64,000 bases of DNA from Bacilli bacterium (GTDB lineage: Bacteria > Bacillota_I > Bacilli_A > RF39 > UBA660). The notes beneath the pieces were generated by a model. It made no database searches. It saw only the letters and a list, made by a program, of their open reading frames with translations, and had not been told where the DNA came from. The stretch covers positions 68,877-132,876 of the forward strand of contig JAGBJG010000002.1 of assembly GCA_017934595.1 (NCBI GenBank). The letters run 5' to 3'. Of the stretch, positions 9,137-18,321 are shown piece after piece. Every line of letters starts with the position of its first letter. The first letter of the stretch is position 1. The position numbers and the translations under genes were made by a program.

Positions 9137-11677
9137 ATGGAAGAAAATAATGAATTAATTGAAAGTATAAATACTAATGATAATGTAGAACATGATAAAC
9201 TTTCAGAAAACAATATCGTAGCTGAAATAAAGAAATGTTTTATAGATTATTCTGTCAGTGTTATAACTGCAAGAGCTATTCCTGATTTAAGAGATGGGTT
9301 AAAACCAGTTCAAAGACGTATTTTATGGAGTATGTATGAATCAGGTTTAACTCCTGATAAACCTCATAGAAAATCTGCTACTACAGTAGGTAACGTTATG
9401 GGTACTTACCATCCACATGGTGATTCATCAATTTATGAAGCCATGGTAAGAATGGCACAAGATTTTAGTTATAGACATATGTTAGTTGATGGTCATGGTA
9501 ACTTTGGTAACATTGAAGGTGATGGTGCAGCTGCTATGCGTTATACTGAATCAAGATTATCAAAAATATCATTAGAATTACTACGTGATATTAAAAAAGA
9601 TACAGTAGATAAAATTGATAACTTTGATCAAACTACACAAGAACCTGCAGTATTACCATCTAGATTTCCAAATGTTTTAGTAAATGGAACAATGGGTATT
9701 GCAGTTGGTATGGCTACTAATATTCCACCACATAACTTGGGTGAAGTAATAGATGGTTGTATAGCTTATATTGATAACCCTGAAATAGATACATTAGGAT
9801 TAATGCAATATATTAAAGGTCCTGATTTTCCTACAGGTGGTGTAATCTTAGGTAATTCAGGAATTAAAAAAGCGTATGAAACTGGTAGGGGATCAATTAC
9901 TATTAGAAGTAAAGCTATGATTGAAGAAGATGGTAATCATCATAATATAGTAATAACAGAAGTTCCTTATGGTGTTAGAACTAGTGAATTAAAAGAAAGA
10001 GTAGCTGAACTTGTTCATAATAAGACAATCGAAGGTATTTCAGATTATCATACAGATTTAAAGAATGGTGTAAAAATAACTATTACACTTAAGAAAGATG
10101 CTAATGCTCAAGTAGTATTAAATAATTTATATAAGCATACTAATTTTCAAGTATCATATGGTATTATCTTCTTAATGTTGGATAATGGTACACCTAGAAC
10201 ATTACCTCTTAAAGATATAATAGCTAAATATGTTGATTATCAAAAAGAAGTAATTATTAGACGTACTAAATATGATTTAAAACAAGATGAAGATAGAGTT
10301 CATATCTTGGAAGGTTTAAAAATAGCTCAAGATAATATTGATGAAGTAGTTAAAATTATTAGAGGTGCAGATAGTGACGATGAAGCTAAAACTAAGTTAA
10401 TGACTAGATTTGGTTTAACAGAAATTCAAGCTAATGCAATTCTAGAATTAAAATTACGTAGATTAACAGGTTTGGAAAGAGATAAGATTGAAGCAGAATT
10501 AAAAGAATTAATGGCTGAAATTGAAGAATTAAAATCTATCTTAGCTTCTGAACAAAAAGTATTAGATATTATTAAGAAAGAAATGCTAGAAATTAAAGAT
10601 AAATATGCCGATGAAAGAAGAACAGATATCGATATGACAGCAATCGACTATATTGAAGATGAATCTTTAATTCCAGTTGAAGATATTGTTATTACATTAA
10701 CTAATAAAGGTTATGTAAAACGTATGAATAGTGAAAACTATCGTGCGCAAAACAGAGGTGGAGTAGGAATAAAGGGTATGTCAACAAATGAAGAAGACTT
10801 TGTTGAAAATATCGTGTCAATGACTACACATGATGATATATTATTCTTTACAAATAAAGGCCGTGTATATCGTATGAGAGGTTACGAAGTACCGCTTTAT
10901 AGTAGACAATCTAAGGGCTTACCTATTATTAACTTATTACCGCTAGCAAGTGATGAATTAGTTCGAGTAATGCTTAAAATTACTCCATCCGAAGCAGATT
11001 CAAACAATAATCTTGTATTTTGTACACAAAGTGGTTTAGTTAAAAAAACATCATTAAAAGAGTTTGAAAACATCAGAACTAACGGAAAGATAGCTATTAC
11101 ACTAAAAGAAGATGACGAATTGATCTCTGTTAAGAAAACTACAGGCGATGATGAAGTCTTGATAGCAGCTGATAATGGACGTATGGTAAGATTTGTTGAA
11201 TCAGAAATCAGAAATATGGGTCGTACAGCAGCCGGTGTTAAAGGAATAGATGTTGGTGATGGAAAAGTTATCGGATGTGAAGTATGTAATGGTGATAAAA
11301 AAGTATTAGTTGTTACAGAAAATGGTTATGGTAAGAAAACTGTAATTAGTGAATATCGTATGACACATCGTGGTAGCAAGGGCGTTAAAGTTCTAAATAT
11401 GACTGAAAAAACTGGTAATATAGTAAGTATTAAGATAATTGAAGATAATCAAGATTTAATGATAGTAACTGATAGTGGTATTATTATTAGATTGCCATTA
11501 GATCAAGTATCAAATACTGGTCGTGTTACGCAAGGTGTTAAATTGATTAATTTAAAAGATAATCAAAAGGTTAGCACAGTTGCAATTATTGAACATGCAG
11601 ATGAAGAAGAAACTGTGGAAAACGTAGAAAATACTGAAAATATAATAAAAAACACTGAATCAGATACTAATAATTAA
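9137..11677 (+). CDS. gyrA: DNA gyrase subunit A
   Basis: 846 aa. Active-site region [12 protein letters not shown]-like [14 protein letters not shown] and a C-terminal beta-pinwheel. Confidence 0.98.
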   Translation: MEENNELIESINTNDNVEHDKLSENNIVAEIKKCFIDYSVSVITARAIPDLRDGLKPVQRRILWSMYESGLTPDKPHRKSATTVGNVMGTYHPHGDSSIYEAMVRMAQDFSYRHMLVDGHGNFGNIEGDGAAAMRYTESRLSKISLELLRDIKKDTVDKIDNFDQTTQEPAVLPSRFPNVLVNGTMGIAVGMATNIPPHNLGEVIDGCIAYIDNPEIDTLGLMQYIKGPDFPTGGVILGNSGIKKAYETGRGSITIRSKAMIEEDGNHHNIVITEVPYGVRTSELKERVAELVHNKTIEGISDYHTDLKNGVKITITLKKDANAQVVLNNLYKHTNFQVSYGIIFLMLDNGTPRTLPLKDIIAKYVDYQKEVIIRRTKYDLKQDEDRVHILEGLKIAQDNIDEVVKIIRGADSDDEAKTKLMTRFGLTEIQANAILELKLRRLTGLERDKIEAELKELMAEIEELKSILASEQKVLDIIKKEMLEIKDKYADERRTDIDMTAIDYIEDESLIPVEDIVITLTNKGYVKRMNSENYRAQNRGGVGIKGMSTNEEDFVENIVSMTTHDDILFFTNKGRVYRMRGYEVPLYSRQSKGLPIINLLPLASDELVRVMLKITPSEADSNNNLVFCTQSGLVKKTSLKEFENIRTNGKIAITLKEDDELISVKKTTGDDEVLIAADNGRMVRFVESEIRNMGRTAAGVKGIDVGDGKVIGCEVCNGDKKVLVVTENGYGKKTVISEYRMTHRGSKGVKVLNMTEKTGNIVSIKIIEDNQDLMIVTDSGIIIRLPLDQVSNTGRVTQGVKLINLKDNQKVSTVAIIEHADEEETVENVENTENIIKNTESDTNN

Positions 11678-11686
11678 TAAATAAAA

Positions 11687-11773
11687 GCAATGTTCCACGA
11701 GCAACATTGCTTTTTTGTTATTATGTTCACGAGCAACATTATCAAAATATATTCAATGTTCCACGAGCAACAT
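11687..11773. repeat. triplet 1 of the palindromic 18-nt motif ATGTTCCACGAGCAACAT (parS-like core)
   Basis: Copies at 11690-11707, 11723-11739 (one C missing) and 11756-11773, on a 33-bp spacing. Copy 1 extends to GCAATGTT/AACATTGC plus T6, so it also looks like the gyrA terminator. Confidence 0.8.
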
Positions 11774-11780
11774 AAATTTC

Positions 11781-11809
11781 TTGCATTTTATTTTTATATA
11801 TTATATATT
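11781..11809 (+). promoter_or_regulatory. candidate sigma-A promoter of the SRP RNA gene
   Basis: TTGCAT (11781-11786), a 17-nt spacer, then TATATT (11804-11809). The RNA helix starts about 7 nt downstream. Confidence 0.45.
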
Positions 11810-11815
11810 AAATAT

Positions 11816-11886
11816 GCACAACACTTATATTGGAACCAGGTCAGGATCGGAAGATAGCAGCCTTAACATTCAATAAGTGTGTGTGC
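11816..11886 (+). ncRNA. ffs: signal recognition particle RNA, minimal 4.5S-type hairpin (about 71 nt)
   Basis: GGAACCAGGTCAGGATCGGAAGATAGCAGCC matches the conserved domain IV (E. coli CCAGGUCAGGUCCGGAAGGAAGCAGCC), including the GGAA tetraloop. Closing helix GCACAACACTTAT / ATAAGTGTGTGTGC, then T6. Confidence 0.8.
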
Positions 11887-11904
11887 TTTTTTGTAGGTGA
11901 AATT

Positions 11905-12321
11905 ATGGAAGAATATATGTTAAAAACTATTAAATTATGTGATAAAGCTTTAAAAAACAATGATATACCAGTAGGGTGTATGATTTTAAAAGATAATAAA
12001 ATTATATCTAAATCATATAATAAAAAGTATCTTTTACATGATTCTACTGCTCATGCGGAGATATTAGCAATAAGAAAAGCATGTAAAAAACTTAAAACAA
12101 CACATTTAGATGAATGTACCTTATATGTAACGCTTGAACCATGTATGATGTGTACAGCTGCGATTATTCAATCACATATAAAAAAGGTTGTATATTGTTT
12201 AAAAAGTCCTAAATATGGGCATTTATTAAATGAAGCTAAAAAGAATAAAATAGAATGTGTTCAAATATATAATGCAGAATACGAAAAGACTCTTAAAGAT
12301 TTTTTTATAGAAAAAAGATAA
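11905..12321 (+). CDS. tadA: tRNA-specific adenosine deaminase TadA
   Basis: Deaminase zinc motifs HAEILAIRKA and PCMMCTAAI. Start moved to ATG 11905 (RBS TAGGTGA), because the track ORF start (TTG 11830) reads through the SRP RNA gene. Confidence 0.9.
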   Translation: MEEYMLKTIKLCDKALKNNDIPVGCMILKDNKIISKSYNKKYLLHDSTAHAEILAIRKACKKLKTTHLDECTLYVTLEPCMMCTAAIIQSHIKKVVYCLKSPKYGHLLNEAKKNKIECVQIYNAEYEKTLKDFFIEKR

Positions 12322-12331
12322 ATATTTATGA

Positions 12332-12420
12332 AACAATGTTCCACGAGCAACATTGTTTTTTATGCTATGTTCCACGAGCAACATTATCTAAAATATACCA
12401 TGTTCCACGAGCAACATTGC
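12332..12420. repeat. triplet 2 of the ATGTTCCACGAGCAACAT motif
   Basis: Copies at 12335-12352, 12367-12384 and 12400-12417, spaced 32-33 bp. The whole roughly 90-bp block is a near-duplicate of 11687-11773. Copy 4 plus T6 looks like the tadA terminator. Confidence 0.8.
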
Positions 12421-12438
12421 TTAGTTTTTTAAGCGATA

Positions 12439-12449
12439 TGTGATATAAT
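12439..12449 (+). promoter_or_regulatory. extended -10 element (TGTGATATAAT) upstream of dnaX
   Basis: TGnTATAAT about 20 nt upstream of the dnaX RBS AAGGAAGGTGA. Confidence 0.45.
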
Positions 12450-12468
12450 TGTTAAGGAAGGTGAAAGT

Positions 12469-14157
12469 ATGTATAAAGCACTGTATAGGAAGTATCGCCC
12501 TAGTAATTTTACAGAGGTCATTGGGCAAGAAGTAATAGTACAAACATTGAAAAATGCGATCGAACAAAACAAGATTAGTCATGCATATTTGTTTACCGGT
12601 CCTAGAGGTACAGGTAAGACTAGTGTAGCAAAGATTTTTGCTGAAACTGTGAACTGTGAAGACCCAAAAAATTGTATTCCATGCGGTAAATGTGTATCTT
12701 GTACACAAACTAAAAATAATCAATCTCCTGATATCATAGAAATTGATGCAGCTTCAAACAACGGAGTTGACGAAATAAGGAATTTAAAGGGCAAAATAAC
12801 TTTAGTACCTACAAATTCTAAATATAAGGTCTATATTATCGACGAAGTGCATATGCTTAGTACAGGTGCTTTTAATGCCTTATTAAAGACTTTAGAAGAG
12901 CCTCCAGCACATGTCATATTTATCCTAGCTACAACAGAACCACAAAAGCTTCCTGCTACCATTTTATCGAGATGTCAAAGATATGATTTTAAGCGTATAT
13001 CAGATGAACAAATTGTAAAAAGATTGGAAGAAATTTGTAAAAAAGAATCAATTGACGTGGATGAAAAAGCGCTTTATGAAATTGCGAGAATTTCAGATGG
13101 TGGAATGAGAGATTCAATTAGTATTTTGGATCAAACAGTGTCATATAAAAATGAAAATATTAGTATAGAAGATGTACATACAGTGAATGGTACTTTAACA
13201 CAAAAAGATCTAGGAATTTTTTTGGGAAATATTTTTAATAGAGATGTTGATAGTACTTTAAACTTATTAGATAAATATAATAATGACGGAAAAAATATTT
13301 ATAAGATAATTGATGAAATAATTTATTTTATGAAAAATTTATTAATATATAATATAAGTCCTACCTATTTTAAAGATAAGAAAATTGACACGGAAGCTTA
13401 CGAAACCGCTGTTAAAATAACGAATATTGATGATATATATGTATTAATTAGTAGTTTAAATCAATTAAAATATATGGTAAAAGATACTAGTAATATAAAA
13501 ATGTTATTTGAAATAGAATTACTAAAATTTTTGGGAAATAATACTAAAACTATTTCCCAGGAAATTAAAATAGATAAAAAAGATGAAAAAGTTATATCTA
13601 AACCAACTATAAAAAAAGAAGAAGTTATACCTACAGAAGAAAAAGTAGAAAGTAAAGATATAATAAATGAAGAATCAAATAAACCGTCATTTGATAGTAA
13701 ACTAAAAGATATAAGAATATCAAATACACTTTCAAAATTTAATAAGAAAAACATGTTAGAATTAAAGAAAAAACAAGATGCAATTAGATTATATATATTA
13801 GATGATGATTGTGGTAAGTATGCAGCATTACTATTAGATGGTGAAATAAAAGCAGCTAGTGATGAATATATAATATATGTTTATAACAGTGAAGAAGATT
13901 CAACATTGTTTAATAATAATTTATTAGCCCTTGAAAAATTATATGAAAGAGCTACTGGATTGAAGTATAAATTAATATCAGTATCTATTTCTGATTGGGA
14001 AATAATAAAAGATGAATTTAATGGTAAAAAGAAAAAATATGAATATGTAGAAGAAAAAGAGTCAATCCCAGTAAAAAAAGGAAAATCAAATGTAAATCTT
14101 GATATAGATAATTTATTTGATGGGATTGTAGAATATACAGAGGAGGAAATAAAATGA
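12469..14157 (+). CDS. dnaX: DNA polymerase III subunit gamma/tau
   Basis: AAA+ clamp-loader motifs GPRGTGKTS, IIDEVHML and SRCQRYDF, plus a zinc module CxxCxxC. Confidence 0.95.
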   Translation: MYKALYRKYRPSNFTEVIGQEVIVQTLKNAIEQNKISHAYLFTGPRGTGKTSVAKIFAETVNCEDPKNCIPCGKCVSCTQTKNNQSPDIIEIDAASNNGVDEIRNLKGKITLVPTNSKYKVYIIDEVHMLSTGAFNALLKTLEEPPAHVIFILATTEPQKLPATILSRCQRYDFKRISDEQIVKRLEEICKKESIDVDEKALYEIARISDGGMRDSISILDQTVSYKNENISIEDVHTVNGTLTQKDLGIFLGNIFNRDVDSTLNLLDKYNNDGKNIYKIIDEIIYFMKNLLIYNISPTYFKDKKIDTEAYETAVKITNIDDIYVLISSLNQLKYMVKDTSNIKMLFEIELLKFLGNNTKTISQEIKIDKKDEKVISKPTIKKEEVIPTEEKVESKDIINEESNKPSFDSKLKDIRISNTLSKFNKKNMLELKKKQDAIRLYILDDDCGKYAALLLDGEIKAASDEYIIYVYNSEEDSTLFNNNLLALEKLYERATGLKYKLISVSISDWEIIKDEFNGKKKKYEYVEEKESIPVKKGKSNVNLDIDNLFDGIVEYTEEEIK

Positions 14158-14450
14158 ATATTCAAGCAATGATGAAACAAGCACAAGCAATACAAAAAGA
14201 AATGATGAAAGCAAAAGATGAAATTGATAGCAAAACGTATACTGGAGTATCATCTTTTGTAGAGGTAAAGGTAAAAGGTAGTAAACAAATTGAATCAGTT
14301 ACTATCAACAAAAAAGAACTAGATGAATCTGATGTTGAAATGTTACAAGATTTATTAGTAGTTGCAGTTAACGATGCAATGAAACAAATTGATAAAGAGA
14401 CAGAACAAAAATTAGGTAAATATACTCAAGGGATGCCAGGTTTATTCTAA
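14154..14450 (+). CDS. ybaB: nucleoid-associated protein YbaB/EbfC
   Basis: 98 aa starting MNIQAMMKQAQAIQKEM and ending GMPGLF. Sits in the dnaX-ybaB-recR synteny. Confidence 0.9.
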   Translation: MNIQAMMKQAQAIQKEMMKAKDEIDSKTYTGVSSFVEVKVKGSKQIESVTINKKELDESDVEMLQDLLVVAVNDAMKQIDKETEQKLGKYTQGMPGLF

Positions 14451-15058
14451 TGAATTATCCAACAACAATAGCAAATCTTATAGAGTGTTATAAGAAACTA
14501 CCTGGTATAGGTGGTAAGACAGCTGAGCGTTTAGCTTTAGCTACATTAAATTTACCTGATGAAATTACTGATGTATTTTCTGATTCAATTAAAAATGTTA
14601 AGAATAATACAAAAAGATGTCAAAGATGCAACTCTTTTTGTGAAAATGATTTGTGTGATATATGTAAGGATAAGACAAGAGATGAAAGCGTTATATGTGT
14701 AGTAGAAGATCCTAAGAATGTAATTCTTTTTGAAAAAGTAGGAGTATTCAAGGGTGTATACCACGTATTAAACGGTTTGATATCTCCATTAGATGGTGTC
14801 TCTCCTGATGATATAAACATAGATGCTTTATTAAAAAGAATAAAAGATGAAAATATTAAAGAAGTAATAATCGCGGTTAAACCAACAATTGAAGGCGAGA
14901 CTACCGCGTTATATATTTCTAAATTATTAGAAAAAGAACCTGTTATGGTTTCAACAATCGCACATGGAATTCCATTAGGATCTGAAATGGAATACATGGA
15001 TTCTCTAACTTTAGAGATTGCAATTCAAGAAAGAAAGAAAATATCAGACAAGCAATAA
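14450..15058 (+). CDS. recR: recombination protein RecR
   Basis: HhH LPGIGGKTAERLA, a C4 zinc finger CxxC...CxxC and a Toprim domain. Confidence 0.95.
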   Translation: MNYPTTIANLIECYKKLPGIGGKTAERLALATLNLPDEITDVFSDSIKNVKNNTKRCQRCNSFCENDLCDICKDKTRDESVICVVEDPKNVILFEKVGVFKGVYHVLNGLISPLDGVSPDDINIDALLKRIKDENIKEVIIAVKPTIEGETTALYISKLLEKEPVMVSTIAHGIPLGSEMEYMDSLTLEIAIQERKKISDKQ

Positions 15059-15097
15059 TAATTTATCATCATAAGAATATAATTAATTGGTGATAAT

Positions 15098-15283
15098 ATG
15101 AAACTAATATTTAAAGTAGTAAAAAAAGTAGTATTCGCGTTTTTACTTTTGTATGGTTTTAATTTACTATATGGAACATTTAAAATTAATGTTCCAATAA
15201 ATTTATATACTATTGGTATAACAACCATATTGGGTTTTCCTGGTTTTTGTGGAATAATACTACTTTCTAAATTACTATTCTAG
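15098..15283 (+). CDS. bofA: BofA-family small membrane protein (pro-sigma-K processing inhibitor-like)
   Basis: 61 aa with 2 TM. INVPINLYTIGITTILGFPGFCGIILL resembles B. subtilis BofA IHVPINLVTTAISGILGIPGIAALVV. Same position after recR as in Bacillus. Confidence 0.65.
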   Translation: MKLIFKVVKKVVFAFLLLYGFNLLYGTFKINVPINLYTIGITTILGFPGFCGIILLSKLLF

Positions 15284-15294
15284 GAAGGATAAAT

Positions 15295-16245
15295 ATGTTA
15301 GGCAATTATAAAGATACACAACCAGTTATATATGATATTTTGTCAAACGAAATTAAAGATGGCAAAGTAAAACACGCATATCTATTTGACGTTTCAGTAT
15401 GTCATAATAGTATTCTTTTTGTGTATAGCTTTATAAAAAGCATATTATGTCCTGATAGAAAATTAGAAAATGATGGATGCAGTAAATGTAATTTATGTAA
15501 AAGTATCGATGATGGTAGTTTCCCTGATATAATAACAGTGGAACCAGATGGTATGGTTATAAAAAAAGATCAACTTTTAGAATTACAAGAAAATTTTATA
15601 ACAAAATCATTATATGATAATAAAAAAATATATATAATTAAATATGCAGAAGATTTACATCCTGCAGCTGCAAATTCAATATTAAAGTTTTTAGAAGAAC
15701 CAGAAGCCAATATTGTCGCGATATTGTTAACTAAAAATATAAATAATGTCTTACCAACTATTGTATCAAGATGTGAAGTGTTAACTTTATTAAAAGATAA
15801 TGAAAATGTAACATCAAAAGAACGTATTGGACAAATTATATTTGATGATCAAGAAGACTATGATAATTTTATTAATAGTGAAGATGATTCATATATTAAG
15901 GCAGTTATTGATTTTGTAAATTACTATGAAAGCTATGGTGTAGATACATTATTGCATACATCAAGTCTATGGTTTGAAAAATATCCAGATAAAAAGAATA
16001 ATATAGTTGCATATAATCTTATGTTGCTATATTATAAAGATGTAATTAATTATAAATTAAATAGACCGATTGAATTTTTTATGGATTATAAAGATTCTTT
16101 GGATAAAGTTGCATCTAAGAATGACTTAGATAAATTATATAAAAAGATATATATAATAGTATCTGCGTTAGATAAAAATAAATTAAATATTAATCTCGCA
16201 CTTAATCTTGATAATCTAATACTAGAAATGGAAGGTATAAAATGA
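15295..16245 (+). CDS. holB: DNA polymerase III delta' subunit
   Basis: Degenerate AAA+ fold with a zinc module CSKCNLC and SRCEVL. Sits in the holB-ricT synteny. Confidence 0.85.
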   Translation: MLGNYKDTQPVIYDILSNEIKDGKVKHAYLFDVSVCHNSILFVYSFIKSILCPDRKLENDGCSKCNLCKSIDDGSFPDIITVEPDGMVIKKDQLLELQENFITKSLYDNKKIYIIKYAEDLHPAAANSILKFLEEPEANIVAILLTKNINNVLPTIVSRCEVLTLLKDNENVTSKERIGQIIFDDQEDYDNFINSEDDSYIKAVIDFVNYYESYGVDTLLHTSSLWFEKYPDKKNNIVAYNLMLLYYKDVINYKLNRPIEFFMDYKDSLDKVASKNDLDKLYKKIYIIVSALDKNKLNINLALNLDNLILEMEGIK

Positions 16246-17033
16246 TAGAAGTAGTAGGTATAAGTTTTAAAAATGGTGGAAAAGTATATTATTTTTCACC
16301 TGGGAAATATAAATTAAAATTGGGTATTACTGTTATAGTTGAGACAGAACAAGGGACACAATTCGGTAAAGTCGCAGAAGAAAATAAAAAAATTGATAGA
16401 AATACAATCAGAGGTGAACTAAAAAGTGTACTTAGGATAGCTACTAAAAATGATTATCATAAACATATGCAAAATATTGAAGATGCAAGAGAAGCATTAA
16501 CTAAATGCCGTGAATTAGTAGAAAAATATAAACTTAACATGCAAATAATTGAAGCTACTTATACATTCGACAGAAATCAATTAGTATTTAGATTTATATC
16601 TGATAATAGAATTGATTTTAGAAATTTAGTTAAAGATTTAGCCGCATTATATAAAACTCGTATTGAACTTAGACAAGTTGGAGTTAGAGATCGCGCTAAA
16701 GAAATTAGTGGATGTGGTATATGCGGTCAAAAATTATGTTGTTCTAGATTTTTAAACGACTTAGATGCCGTATCTATTAATATGGCGAAAAATCAAAATC
16801 TATCATTAAATCCAACTAAGATTAATGGTGCTTGTGGTAGATTATTATGTTGTTTAAGATATGAAGATGATACATATACTAATTATAAATTTAATTTACC
16901 TTCAATGGGATCAACAGTTGAAACAAAAGAGGGTAAAGGTAAAGTTGTTGCAGTTAATATATTAAGAAGAAAATATAAAGTTGATATACCCGATAAAGGA
17001 ATAATAGAGGTAACAGTTGATGAAGAAGACTAA
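16242..17033 (+). CDS. ricT: PSP1-domain protein RicT/YaaT (stage 0 sporulation protein)
   Basis: PSP1 C-terminal domain with Cys clusters GCGICGQKLCCSRF and ACGRLLCCLRYE. Confidence 0.9.
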   Translation: MIEVVGISFKNGGKVYYFSPGKYKLKLGITVIVETEQGTQFGKVAEENKKIDRNTIRGELKSVLRIATKNDYHKHMQNIEDAREALTKCRELVEKYKLNMQIIEATYTFDRNQLVFRFISDNRIDFRNLVKDLAALYKTRIELRQVGVRDRAKEISGCGICGQKLCCSRFLNDLDAVSINMAKNQNLSLNPTKINGACGRLLCCLRYEDDTYTNYKFNLPSMGSTVETKEGKGKVVAVNILRRKYKVDIPDKGIIEVTVDEED

Positions 17034-17739
17034 TTACTTATTAGGATATAAAGATTTATATATTGTACAAGATAATGATATGTTTAAGTTTTCTTTAGAT
17101 TCAGCTTTACTACCTAATTTTGTTACAGTAAATTTAAAGACAAAAGATATATTAGATATAGGTTGTGGAAATGCACCTGTACCTTTAATATTATCTAGAC
17201 GTACAAAAGCAAATATAACAGGTGTAGAAATACAAAAAGAAGTATATGAAATGGCTTTGGAATCTGTTAAAATAAATAAATTAGAAAATCAAATTAATAT
17301 AATTAATGGCGATATAAATAAAATATATAATAAATTAGATAAAAAATATGATATAATAACGTGCAATCCGCCATATTTTGAGGTTAGTGATAGTAGTAAT
17401 AAAAATGATTCTTCATATAAAACTATCGCTAGACATGAAGTAATGTTAACATTGGAAAATTTAATAAAGATTAGTAAGTCATTATTAAAGACCAATGGTA
17501 CGTTAGCTTTAGTTCATAGACCGGAAAGATTAGTGGATATATTAACTTTCATGCGTCAAAATAATATTGAACCTAAAAAAATTCAATATGTATATCCCAA
17601 AAAAGGTAGTGAAGCTAATGTATTGTTAATTGAGGGTACATTAAATGGTAAAAAAGGATTAAAAGTATTAGATTCATTATATGTATATGAGGATGGAAAA
17701 TATACTAAGGAAGTAGAAAAATATTTTGTAGAGGAATAG
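17020..17739 (+). CDS. SAM-dependent N6-adenine methyltransferase, YabB/TrmN6-like
   Basis: SAM motif DIGCGNA and catalytic NPPY (TCNPPYF). Occupies the position of B. subtilis yabB. ATG 17020 is preferred over TTG 17017. Confidence 0.75.
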   Translation: MKKTNYLLGYKDLYIVQDNDMFKFSLDSALLPNFVTVNLKTKDILDIGCGNAPVPLILSRRTKANITGVEIQKEVYEMALESVKINKLENQINIINGDINKIYNKLDKKYDIITCNPPYFEVSDSSNKNDSSYKTIARHEVMLTLENLIKISKSLLKTNGTLALVHRPERLVDILTFMRQNNIEPKKIQYVYPKKGSEANVLLIEGTLNGKKGLKVLDSLYVYEDGKYTKEVEKYFVEE

Positions 17740-17749
17740 AGGTGATTTT

Positions 17750-18313
17750 ATGAAGCTTATAGTTGGACTAGGCAATCCAGGTAATGAATATAAAAATACA
17801 AGACATAATGTTGGATATATGGCATTAGAAAAATGTAGTGAAAAATATAATTTTGAATTTAATAAAAGTAAATTTACTGGGAAATATGCAGATACTATAA
17901 TTAATGGTGAAAAATATATATTTTTATTACCTGAAAAATATATGAATTTATCTGGAGAAGTATTAATTGAATATGTTAATTATTTTAAAATTGATATAGA
18001 AGATATATTAATAATAAGTGATGATCTTGATATGCCAACTGGTAAGATTAAACTTAAACCAAATGGTTCATCTGGTGGACATAATGGTCTTAAGAATATT
18101 GAGCTTCATCTAGGTACACCTAATTATAAAAGGGTAAAAGTCGGCATCGCGAATAATAAACTTATGGATACAAAAGATTATGTATTAGGTAAGTTTACTT
18201 CCGATGAAAAAGAATTAATAGATGCTGCTATAAATAAAGTAGTATCAATTGTATCTGATTTTTCAGTATTAACATTTGATAAATTAATGAGTAAATATAA
18301 TAGTACTAAATAG
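17750..18313 (+). CDS. pth: peptidyl-tRNA hydrolase
   Basis: MKLIVGLGNPGNEYKNTRHNVG and GGHNGLKNI motifs. Confidence 0.95.
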   Translation: MKLIVGLGNPGNEYKNTRHNVGYMALEKCSEKYNFEFNKSKFTGKYADTIINGEKYIFLLPEKYMNLSGEVLIEYVNYFKIDIEDILIISDDLDMPTGKIKLKPNGSSGGHNGLKNIELHLGTPNYKRVKVGIANNKLMDTKDYVLGKFTSDEKELIDAAINKVVSIVSDFSVLTFDKLMSKYNSTK

Positions 18314-18321
18314 GTGATAGT

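Noticed and set aside
11830-11904. 25-aa N-terminal extension of tadA (TTG start)
   Set aside because: This stretch is the SRP RNA gene. ATG 11905 has its own RBS.
11687-12420. The six 18-nt repeats as a CRISPR array
   Set aside because: There are only three copies per block. The spacers are 14-15 nt, far too short. The repeats are palindromic hairpins. No cas genes are present.
13609-13620. A AAA AAA slippery heptamer in dnaX (codons 381-383) as a programmed -1 frameshift site producing a gamma-like product. The -1 frame stops after 13 codons
   Set aside because: A7 runs are expected by chance in this very AT-rich genome. I see no downstream stem-loop or upstream SD-like stimulator. The frameshift is not established for Firmicutes dnaX. 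It would need proteomics to revive.
15025-15228. 67-aa minus-strand ORF overlapping the recR end and bofA
   Set aside because: It lies opposite the BofA-like gene, which has a family match and conserved position. There is no RBS, and the composition is shadow-frame-like.
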